Made by a program: the position numbers and the translations under genes. The notes under the pieces were generated by a model that saw only the letters and a list, made by a program, of their open reading frames with translations, ran no database searches and was not told the DNA's origin. A DNA stretch of 64,000 nt from Octopus vulgaris (Eukaryota), in NCBI GenBank assembly GCA_951406725.2, contig OX597814.1:199144001-199208000 (forward strand). The letters run 5' to 3'. Of the stretch, positions 1 to 10,600 are shown one piece after another (the stretch's first letter is position 1; every line of letters begins with the position of its first letter).

Positions 1-544
1 CGCAGTTTGTAAACTACGTGATCACAATCAAAAGACAAGAAATAGAAATGTAATAAAAGACACTTTAAGAATTTACGTACTTCTATGAATTTATACAATT
101 CCTTAGTCTGAGAAACTTCGATCAACTCAATTCTTCAGCTATCGTATGCCGTTTGTTGAATACTTTACATTTCAAGATCTAACTGTTATCGAGTAATTCG
201 ATAAATTTGTGATGTATCGTGGAATAGCATTGATCTTACCATCGTTCATATCACAGTATTGCTATATTAACAGTATCATTATATAAGTTAATTGAGAGGG
301 AGATGATTTGCACAAAGCAGTGACCGAAATAAAATTTTCCCTGGGTTAAAGATATATTTGTTATGAAGAGAAAAGCCATTAACTTCAATTATGTAATTAT
401 TGTCAAATAATATTTAAGACAAATAGTCAATTTGAAATTTTTAAAAATGAGTAAAATTTGAAAGAAGGTACACTGTAAGTTGTGAGCCTGGTGTTTGGAA
501 AGTATTGGGAAAAATTGGACATATTTCAATTATATCAAAGACGA

Positions 545-735
545 GGAGCTGGCAGAATCGTTAGCACGCCAGACAAAATGCTAAGAGTCATTTCGTCCGT
601 CTCTATGTTCTGAGTTCAAATTCCACCGAAGTCGACTTCGCCTTTCGGGGTCGATAAATTGAACATTGGTACCGATGTAATCGACTAGCCCCCTCCACCA
701 AATTCGCTTACCTTGTGCCAAAATCTGAAACCAAT
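545..735 (+). mobile_element. tRNA-derived SINE family A, degenerate copy
   Basis: gagctggcagaatcgttagcacg head, B-box-like gagttcaaattcc and gtcgact..cctttcggggtcgataaat core shared with many copies in the window. Confidence 0.8.
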
Positions 736-938
736 ATTTCAATCATAGTAGAACTCATCAAAGTATAGTCTTGCCAGAACAAAGAATGGTAGAGAAATTA
801 CAAGGAAATGTCGCTGAACAAAAAAGTATTAAGAAATATTGCATAAGCGTAAGTGAAGGGTTAACAACCTGTTAATCTTTTTATGTACACACACACACGT
901 ACACACACACATATGTGTATACATACATACTTACATAT

Positions 939-972
<34 letters not shown>

Positions 973-1509
973 TTATATATATACACACAATATATATATA
1001 ACAGGCACTAATGCATCCGTATTTACACACACTCACATACATTTATACATACACACACACACACAAAAAAATGCACACACGCATACACACTCTTTCTTTC
1101 TCCCTCTCCCTCTCTCCCTCTCTCTCTCTCTCTCTCCTTTCCTCTGAGTAGACTCGCCAGACACCAAAGGGCAACTAGATTCCTGCCCCGTCAAGCGGTC
1201 CAAGAAATTCTCCTTTCTAATGCATCTAGTATCACTGAAATGCCGATTTTTACTACTAAAACACCATGTGACTCGTCTTCACTAATAGCAGCTCAGTTTC
1301 CAGTAGCTATCTTAGCCATTCAGTAGCTATCTCGGACTTCTTCCAATTCTCCATTCGGTAATCTAAGCCTGAACCAGCTAGCTTTCTGTAAGACGCCTGA
1401 AGACTTTAAGTCGCATGGAGCCGAAAAAAGCTATTTTAAATAGTAGTAATAATAATGATGATGATGATGGCTCGCATCATCATCAGTTATTCAAAGACAT
1501 TATGAGATA

Positions 1510-2805
1510 TACAAAGAAAATACCTGATTAGTTGGTAAGAGGTATTACTAACCTACACTCGAAGAATTATGAAACCAAATTTCCCCAAAACTATCGGCCC
1601 ATTACATGTATGAAATTTTAGCATCCATCTTCGTAGAGGAAACATGAAAAATTATGGAACAGAACCATATTTACCCCACTGAACAAAAAGAGTGCCGACG
1701 AGGCTCATATATAGATGTAAAGACCATCCCTTAATCGCATGGTCTTCAGAACTGTCGTAACAAACGCGGAAATCTCAGTTCCGCATGGATTGATTATAGA
1801 AAGGCCTTCGACAGCATACCGCGTTCATGGATCTTGAAATCGCTGGATATTCTTCAGAATATCTCCTGTGATTTCAAACTGCCCGAAGCACAACATGCCA
1901 GTGTGGAATACCGATCTCCAGTTGTACCACTCTAATGGAGTATTGACCACAAGCAATATTGACACCATCTGCGGCATTTTCCAAAGTGACTCATTTTCTC
2001 CTCAAATATTTTGCATAGCCCCTTCAAAGTGAACTTAACAGAACAGGGTATGAGTATATAATTGATGGCAAGAAAATAAGCCGTGTATTTTATAGGAATG
2101 ACTTAAAAGTTTGTGGCAAAGGCGATAACGAGCTTGAAGGTCTATTGCGAACTGTGAAACCATTCAGTGATGACATCGGAATCAAATTTAGTCTTATTGA
2201 ATGTACTAAGGCTACTTTCCAGAAAGGGAAGTTGAAAACCTCACATTCAGTGGCGTTAGATATCGACACAGTTAAAAAACAACTTGAACAGGAACAAACT
2301 AACAAATACCTTGGAATAAATGAGGGCTCTAGCATTCAGCATGCAAGCATCAAAGAGAAGATCAGGAAGGAATGTTACAGGAAGGTTCGAGTAGTCCTAA
2401 AATCCGAGCTAAATGCACGTAACAAGTTGTTAGCCGAAAATTCCTTAGCAGTTCCGGTTGTTATTTACAGTTTCAATGTGTTGAACAGGAAAATGAGCGA
2501 AATAAGGAAGACTGCCCGGAAAAGCCGTAAGTTGCTGACTTGCAATAAGATGCACCACCCAAAGGCAGACGCAGAGCACAAGGAGGTCGAGCCTTGATTC
2601 CAGTTTGAAATCTCTTACAAAACCACCACAACTGGACTGGACAAATATCTTGAAACATCTAACGACTGGATGCTAACGCTCGTTGAAAACTACGGGAGAC
2701 GTAAGACGCTTCATTTTGTCATGAAGGAGAGAGAAGATTTACTAAGTTCATGCATAATATCCAAATTGAACAGCATGATGGAAGTGCAGCAATTGTTGTT
2801 GCAAA
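1510..2805 (+). pseudogene. Decayed R4/Dong-clade non-LTR retrotransposon RT fragment
   Basis: Frameshifted motifs PQNYRPITC, EQKxCRRGSY, AWIDYRKAFDSIP, GIFQxDS and FSDDIGIKF..KYLG..KSELNARNK..NSLAVPV..MHHPKAD (ORF 2145-2597); preceded by (TAA/TGA)n. Confidence 0.9.
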
Positions 2806-2876
2806 GAAGGTACATAAATGTAAACATAATCACTAACAGGGACTTTAATCGTTCGAAAAATGCCGGTCAAGAATTC

Positions 2877-2923
2877 TTAATACTGACATCAGTTTCGATA
2901 GTCTCCGTTGCCTCATCAGTTAA
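2877..2923 (-). ncRNA. Type I hammerhead ribozyme motif, stem II partly decayed
   Basis: Minus strand ttaa-CTGATGA-ggca acggagac tatc-GAAA-ctg atgt cag-TA-ttaa. Confidence 0.6.
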
Positions 2924-3015
2924 CACTGGCTCGCAAGTTTGGCTCTTTTCGGACTTGCATCTAACACCAAAGTCACATTTAGTGACAATTATAATTCTCC
3001 TTTTTGGTGAAAGTA

Positions 3016-3265
3016 GAGGCGCGTGGCTTAGTGGTTAGGGTGTCAGCACCAGGATCGTAAGATTGTGGTTTCGATTCCTGGACCGGGCGATGCGTTGTGT
3101 TCTTGAGCAAAACACTTCATTTCACGTTGCTCCAGTCCACTCAGCTGGCAAAAATGAGTAGCGCTGCGATGGACTGGCCTCCCGTCCAGCTGAGGAACAC
3201 ATATGCTATTGAAACCGGGCCCATGAGCCTGGCTAGGCTTTAAAACGGCGCATTTATTCATTTTT
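3016..3265 (+). mobile_element. tRNA-derived SINE family D with TSD ttttggtgaaa
   Basis: A-box tggcttagtgg, B-box ggtttcgattcc; near-identical copy at 50792; flanking direct repeat. Confidence 0.88.
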
Positions 3266-3413
3266 ATTTTTGGTGAAACATTACAAACTACTGTTTATAT
3301 TAATTTTATGTATACACAGTTGCGAATCGCTAAATCATCCATTAATTTGGTTGAAGCAAACATATATAATAATAGAGAAGCAAGTCCGAAAAGAGCTAAA
3401 CTTTCGAGCCAGT

Positions 3414-3462
3414 CCTAACTGATGAGGCAACGGAAACTGCCGAAACTGACGGCAGTATTAAG
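3414..3462 (+). ncRNA. Type I hammerhead ribozyme motif with intact core
   Basis: cctaa-CTGATGA-ggca acggaaac tgcc-GAAA-ctg acgg cag-TA-ttaag: stem II GGCA/TGCC, stem III ACTG/CAGT, GTA cleavage triplet at 3455-3457. Confidence 0.75.
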
Positions 3463-3662
3463 AATTCTCTATCGGCATTTTTCGCACGATTAAAGTCCCT
3501 GTTAGAGTGTATGTTTATATTTATGTGCGTTGACCTCAGCATTAGAGCGTTTAAGATCTTATTTCTGGCAACGTAGATGTTTCTAACACCCTAATCACAT
3601 TTAGAGATAATGGTATATATATACATATATCTGTGTGTGTATGCGCGTGTGTGTGTGTGTGT

Positions 3663-3964
3663 GGAGGCGCAATAGCCCAGTGGTAAGGGCAGCGGACTCG
3701 TGGTCGTAGGATCGCGGTTTCGATTCCCAGATCGGGCGTTGTGAGGGTTTATTGAGCGAAAACACCTAAAACTCCATGAGGCTCCAGCAGGGGCTGGTGG
3801 CGATCCCCGTTATACTCTTTCGCCACAACTTTCTCTCACTCTTTCTTCTGTAGGCCAACTCGCTTAGCCAGCGGGGTGGCGTCATTTGAAGGCTAAAAAC
3901 AATGCAAAGCGCATTGTGACCAGCGATGTATAGCAACATCTGATGGCCTGGTCGGTCACGTGAT

Positions 3965-3971
<7 letters not shown>
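3663..3971 (+). mobile_element. tRNA-derived SINE family B (tail type 1, ends gtgatcacgtga)
   Basis: ggaggcgcaatagcccagtgg..ggtttcgattccc head; matches copies at 18667 and 36075; lies between (TG)n and (TA)n. Confidence 0.88.
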
Positions 3972-4039
<68 letters not shown>

Positions 4040-5089
4040 AAGAGAGACGGGGAGATGAACCACACTAAAACATTATAGTAAGGAATATTTGCAAAGAGAT
4101 AAATCATTATCCCCATGACAAAATGAAACATACAAATATGTGTAAGAATGCTACAGACCGAAAAATTCAAATGTAGACAATTTGCACTTTATTGATAGTT
4201 TGAAACGAAACGACGGGGAAGATTTCCATGAGAAATAAGAGCTAATTTCTTATGAGTCTCTGGTAAAGTCCAAGTTGGGAATCAAAATGCTTCTCTTGGT
4301 TTGGCATCAATTTCTCGGAAATTTATATTTTGCTCGACTAATGAAAACGAAACGAATTTTTAAGAAAACATCATTAAACAGAATTATTCCGTAATAAACA
4401 ATGATAGAAATACTTCTCGGAATATCCATAAATTTAGCAATGTATATTTTGCCCAGGAGCATCTGAAGATAAACACAAACAAAATATTTCTCACAATGTT
4501 TATGATAAATCACAACGAAGGAGATAATTCTCGTTTGTTTACTTTGCTTACTTACGAAATCTTGAAAGGAAGAGTTAGACATTTCCCTTTGGAAATCTTT
4601 CATATTTGCAGATAACGTTAAAAAATTCAACCAAGTGTAAGAGATTACAGGATTGGCACCATTTCAAAACATCAGATCATTTCAATATATCACTGAGGTA
4701 AATAATTCGTTTGTAACACGAATGAATTTTGTATGATATTGGAGAAATACATTTTCAATAAGTTATGAATGCAGATATTGTCTATTCAAATAATAACATT
4801 TTAAATTGTTTAGATACTTATTAAATATTCAGTAATGAGCTTATGTTATTAACCACCCGCAAGGGGGAACTCATACGTATACCCGCATTTATGTGGAGTT
4901 ATTCACACATATGCACACGCAGAGCTAAAACTGCACTGTTTAGTCTACCGTAGAGAAACAAAAGAAGTGCTCGAAATAGCTTTATTTCGAAAGTATGTTG
5001 AGGCTAATTTATGTAAGTTAAACAAATGTACCCGTTTACACGTTCACGCGCTGCTTATATTTGTGTGTGTGTGTATTTGTGGGCATATA

Positions 5090-5146
<57 letters not shown>

Positions 5147-5241
5147 AAATAAGCAACAAGGATATCCAAAGGCAGTGCAGTACGATCGTTTCATGCGACT
5201 TCATTTACTGCACTACCTTTGGATATCCTTATAGCTTATTT
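5147..5241. repeat. Fold-back hairpin with about 37-bp arms
   Basis: aaataagcaacaaggatatccaaaggcagtgcagta / tactgcactacctttggatatccttatagcttattt. Confidence 0.85.
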
Positions 5242-5344
5242 TGATTATAATCACACCATTTTGATTTATATGGATAATACCATACCAAATTCTGGTGCCT
5301 TTAACTTAAGTACCATATTGAACTGAATCTAAATTTTACTGAAC

Positions 5345-5387
<43 letters not shown>

Positions 5388-6276
5388 GCATACATATATA
5401 TTTGTGTGCGTTTGCTTGTATACACATGCATATGTGTGTGTGTGTAAGAATTGAGATCTACGACGTTTCGGACAAAAACACTTTTTCATGGTTAAATTTA
5501 TCGGGTGGGGTAAGTAAAGAGAGTAGTGTTATATACTATGTTTGAGTGACTGGTCACAAACATGAAAAAAAAACATCTAGAGATTGCATACATGGGCAGA
5601 AAGTAATAGGAGAGAGAAATTAAGTGAGATAGAGAGAAAAAAAGAAAACAAGAGGAAAAGAAATTGGCATGGGTAAGGCGAGGAAACAATGAAAGTGAGA
5701 GGGAGCTAAAGAATAATATAATTACTGAACTAAGAGATGGTGAAGTAGGAGCAAGGAAAACGTGCTTTTGTACGTGATCCAATAAGTTATCGGGAATTTA
5801 GTAAATTCACAATGACATGTTCGCCTTGTGTTTGAAGCATCATAATTGTTAAGATGTCATGAGAAGTAGAACTACAGCAGAAGGGAATGTGTAATCATAG
5901 AAGGACGATGTCACTGTGCCAAATTTATGGCTATCGGAATGTTTGTAATAACTCTTTAGGGGAATGGCGGCGTAAACACTTAAGCCGTGTTTCACATAGG
6001 TTAATAATGTTTTCTTAGGTATAAATTAGATTTTGTAGCCGTTGTTTAGCTCTGGTTCAACTCTTTCTAGTAGACATATGAACAAAGGCATTTCAAGTGC
6101 AGGATCATCACGTCCGTTTTCGGATACATATATAACCCTAGGATTAGAAAGATCCTATTGCAAATCCATGCTTCTGAGTTCGACACCAGTTCGACCCCAG
6201 TATGCACTACTCTGGCCAAGTGTCTTCTAATATACTACTGAGTTGACCTAAACCTAAAGAGTTGGCGGCTCCTAGG

Positions 6277-6358
<82 letters not shown>

Positions 6359-6969
6359 TGTGTCTGTGTGCGTGTGTGATTTTGAAAATATTAGCAGCAC
6401 AAAAATAATTACAGAAAAAATTATGCAATACCAGATTGTCGTCAAAAATTTTAATTATACAGAAATACAATTCTCACACACGTATATGAGTGAAGAGGCC
6501 AGAATTAATTTGTTAAGCAAAAACTAAACAAAACAAAAAAAAACATTGTGTATTTTTCCTCTATCTGCATAAGGTCCTTTTGTATACAAATTCATTTTAC
6601 CTTCCCTCTTATGAAGTGATTTAAACAGCTAACATAGTATTGAAAGTCAATTTTATTAAGTAAAACAATTAAAGGCGACGCAACAACATGCGCACAGTCC
6701 AAAATCTGAAACCAGTGTAAGATTAAAATAACTGTAACTATGGCCCGTGACTCTAAATTAAGATTCAGTTTTGAAGGGAGTGAGATTTTTGGGAAACTTG
6801 GTTAAGCAGTTTGTTGCGTGCTGAGAAACTGTTGGTCAGAAGAAGTTTAATTTGGTTCTAATGCAGGTTTATATTTGATTGAATCTACCCATGTACACGA
6901 TTGCTATTTATTTCAAATTTCGTGTTAACATAAAATGGGTTATACGAGAAAATAGTTCTCCTTGAGAAC

Positions 6970-7139
<170 letters not shown>

Positions 7140-7177
7140 ATGTATATTTATACAAACATAAATACACACACATATAT

Positions 7178-7648
7178 TCGTTTATTCTTTTACTTGTTTC
7201 TGTCATTTGACTACAGCCATGCACCAACTTTAGACAAATCGATCCTATGACTTATTCTATCGGCCTCTTTTCTCGAACTGCTAAGACACACAAATACACA
7301 CACACACACACACATACACATATATATATATATATATATATATATGCAGTTCTATATTTAAGAGATGAGGAATTATGAACATTATTTAGATTAGTTACAA
7401 TTAACGGATATTTGTCCTCATCTTGTTTGTTGTTAACACAACATTTCGGCTGATATACACTCCAGCCTTTATCAGGTGCCTTGGGGAAATTTCGAACCTG
7501 GGTTCTTATTCCTAAGGTATTTTTCGATATTGTTGTTATTATTATTATTATTCAGGTCACTGCCTGGAATCGAACTCGGAATCCTGCGGTTAGTAGCCCG
7601 CACTCTTAATCACTGCGCCATATGCCCGTGGGCATATATACACACACA

Positions 7649-7711
<63 letters not shown>

Positions 7712-7872
7712 CGGGCTTCTTTCACTTTCCGTGTACCAAATCCACTCACAAGGTTTTAATCGGCCTGGGGCTATTCCGGAAGACACTTCCCCAAGGTGCC
7801 ACGCACTGGGACAGAACCCGAAACCATATGGTTGAGAAGCAAGCTTCTAATCACACAGCTACTCCTGCACCT
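7178..7872 (-). mobile_element. SINE family C split by an insertion in its internal microsatellite (parts 7178-7290 and 7709-7872)
   Basis: The 3' part (cttgtttctgtcatttgact) and the head part (ccaaatccactcacaagg..ctcctgcacct) match family C. Confidence 0.75.
7347..7637 (-). mobile_element. tRNA-headed element with HHR-bearing tail and 5' micro-inversion
   Basis: Minus strand: gggcatatggcgcagtg..gagttcgattcc tRNA-like head, (AAT)n linker, then ggcac-ctgataa-aggctg..cagcc-gaaatgtt-gtgtt; atatgccc-gt-gggcatat hairpin at the 5' end. Confidence 0.7.
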
Positions 7873-8063
7873 ATAGACAGCCTGCCCTGCGCCTATATAT
7901 AATACATTTACACGGAGAGTGGATACAAAGAATGCGAAGTTTCGACCTGGTAGTATTAATCAGATTACCGTTCAGTCCCATCAAGTTAGCTGGCCGAAAG
8001 TTCGAAGTCACTGTCAACCCTCTACTTGTAAAAGTATAAACATTCACACACTCACACACAGAG

Positions 8064-8135
<72 letters not shown>

Positions 8136-8511
8136 TCTCTCTCTCTTCTTGTTTCAGTCATTTGACTGCGGCCATGCTGGAGCACCGCCTTTAGTCGAGC
8201 AAATCGACCCCGGGACTTATTCTTTGTAAGCCCAGTACTTATTCTATCGGTTTCTTTTGCCGAACCGCTAAGTGACGGGGACGTAAACACACCAGCATCG
8301 GTTGTCAAGCAATGCTAGGGGTGCAAACACACACACATATATACATATATATACGACAGGCTTCTTTCAATTTCCGTCTACCAAATCCACTCACAAGGTC
8401 TTCCCGAGGCTATAGCAGAAGAGACTTGCCCAAGATGCCATGCAGTGGGACTGAACCCGGAACCATGTGGTTGGTTAGCAAGCTACTTACCACACAGCCA
8501 CTCCTGCACCT
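8136..8511 (-). mobile_element. SINE family C, near full length
   Basis: Head ggagtggctgtgtggtaagtagcttg..gggttcagtcccactg, internal microsatellite, tail ..gtcaaatgactgaaacaag; about 20 copies in the window. Confidence 0.9.
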
Positions 8512-9340
8512 ATATATATATATATAATATAAATTATTGTATTTGCTAAAGTAAGTCAGAAACCATGGTCCAGGAAGTAGATGGTAAATGTTTATATTTT
8601 TCATTCCCTTCGAGAACTTATCCCTTTGTAGTGGTTTGGACTTTAGCTGTTCCTTCTAGCGTGAGAGTCCTATGATGGAAACCTCTTAATGTGTTTAAAT
8701 GTACACTGTATTTTATATGTGTGTGTATATATATGCGGTTATAGTCTATTACATGAATGTTACGTTATTTTAACGGCCATTGAACGAAAAGAGGTAAAAC
8801 TAACTTTGGCCAGATTTGAACGTAAATGCCCATAACTAAATAGTGCAAGGTACATTATCTTACGCTCTAACGATTCTGCCGGTCCATTATCAAGGTAAAT
8901 TCCGTTAATCCAATATATAACTGCTTCTGCAGCTTCAAGATACATGAGAGAATAAATATTCTATGTTCCATAAAATCTGTTTACAATGCCTCATCTTTCT
9001 GTGTATAAAATGTCAAGGTTAGCTTCCTTAAACCACGCAGTTTTAAGAGCATTAACAACTGCAATAAAACAGAATCAGCTCGGTTAAATATTACGTTTCT
9101 TTCAACAAAAACATTGTTCTTGTGACAAAGAAATCATGCGTAAAATTCAGAGCAGAGACAGCGGGGTTTGTCCTTTCAGTACGTGAATATAAAAAGGCAT
9201 ACGTATATACATACACACACAAATGCATTCATTGTTGCATTCGTACGAAGTTATGTAGCTTCACGTGTGTCCCATGGTAATTTATGCACATATCTATCTA
9301 TCTATCTCTCTATCTCTCTATATATATACACACACATACC

Positions 9341-9377
<37 letters not shown>

Positions 9378-9724
9378 AAACTAAGTGACAATTATATTTT
9401 ACGATTCTGTAGTGCTACTGTTTACTTCTCGTTCAGAGATTTAATATTGCCTATATATATATATATATATTTTATATATATATTTTTTTATATATATTTT
9501 TTATATTTTTTATTTTTTTATTTTTTTATTTTATTTTTTTATTTTTTTATTTTTTATATTTTTTTATTTTTTTATTTATCTATTCTTTCATCTAACTTAC
9601 CACTGACTCCTTGACCACTCCCCCAAGTATGATATTTTGCGCTATGCCTACCCCCAAAAGTCCCCCACCACCACTCCTTTAAACCTGCCTAAATGTATAA
9701 ATGCTAATACAATTCTTGTTAAAT

Positions 9725-9775
9725 AGCTTCCTGAAGATTTCTCTTGAATGAAACAGTACTAGTCCTGTAGAAGCT
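9725..9775 (+). ncRNA. Degenerate HHR-like motif
   Basis: agcttc-CTGAAGA-tttc tctt gaat-GAAAC-agtacta-GTC-ctgta-gaagct; the stem II closing pair is mismatched. Confidence 0.4.
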
Positions 9776-9858
9776 CCTTCTATATAATAAATTAATTTTA
9801 CTCTGCTATGTATTGAGTACCTTATTTACTGTGGTTAACCCCGAATCAACCCGGGACC

Positions 9859-9947
<89 letters not shown>

Positions 9948-9950
9948 ATG

Positions 9951-10017
<67 letters not shown>

Positions 10018-10019
<2 letters not shown>

Positions 10020-10260
10020 CATCGTTTAACGTCCGTTTTCCATGCTAGCATGGGTTGGACGGTTCAACTGGGGTCTGGGAAGCCAGAAGGCTGCACCAGG
10101 CCCAGTCTGATCTGGCAGTGTGTCTACAGCCGGATGCCCTTCCTAACGCCAACCACTCCGTGAGTGTAGTGGGTGATTTTAACGCGCCACCTGCACAGGT
10201 GCCAGACGAGGCTGGCAAACGGCCACGATCGCATGGTGCTTTTTACGTGCCACCGGCACA
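10018..10260 (-). mobile_element. SINE-like interspersed repeat fragment
   Basis: GC-rich block; minus strand gtggttggcgttaggaagggcatccggctgtagac..ggacgttaaacgatga, typical of a SINE body and tail. Confidence 0.55.
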
Positions 10261-10492
10261 TTCTTGTTTCAGTCATTTGATTGCGGTCATGTTGGTGCAC
10301 CGCATTGAACCCATGACTTATTCTTTGTAATCCTAGTATTTATTCTATGGATATCTTTTGCCGAACCGCTAAGTTACCGGGACATAAACGCACCAACGCT
10401 GGTTGTCAAGCGAAGCTGAGGGGACAAACATAGAGAAAGAGGAACAGAGAAAGTGCGATAGAGAAAGAAAGAAAAATAGAAAGAAATACAAT

Positions 10493-10541
<49 letters not shown>

Positions 10542-10542
10542 G

Positions 10543-10594
<52 letters not shown>

Positions 10595-10600
10595 GAGATA
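10493..10600. repeat. (GATA)n array at the 3' junction of the Tx1 element
   Basis: Direct reading. Confidence 0.95.

Larger units (their letters stand above)
2810..3528. mobile_element. Inverted pair of Penelope-like terminal repeats (arms 2810-2962 and 3376-3528), each with an HHR motif
   Basis: The arms are reverse complements of each other over about 150 bp; both contain CTGATGA..GAAAC. Confidence 0.75.

Noticed and set aside
4307-4630. 107-aa minus-strand ORF as a host exon or LINE remnant
   Set aside because: No convincing motif or splice signals that I can support
7551-7627. Possible functional tRNA gene (also the SINE heads at 3663, 18667, 52457 and 56619)
   Set aside because: The acceptor stem pairs poorly and each head continues into a repeat body
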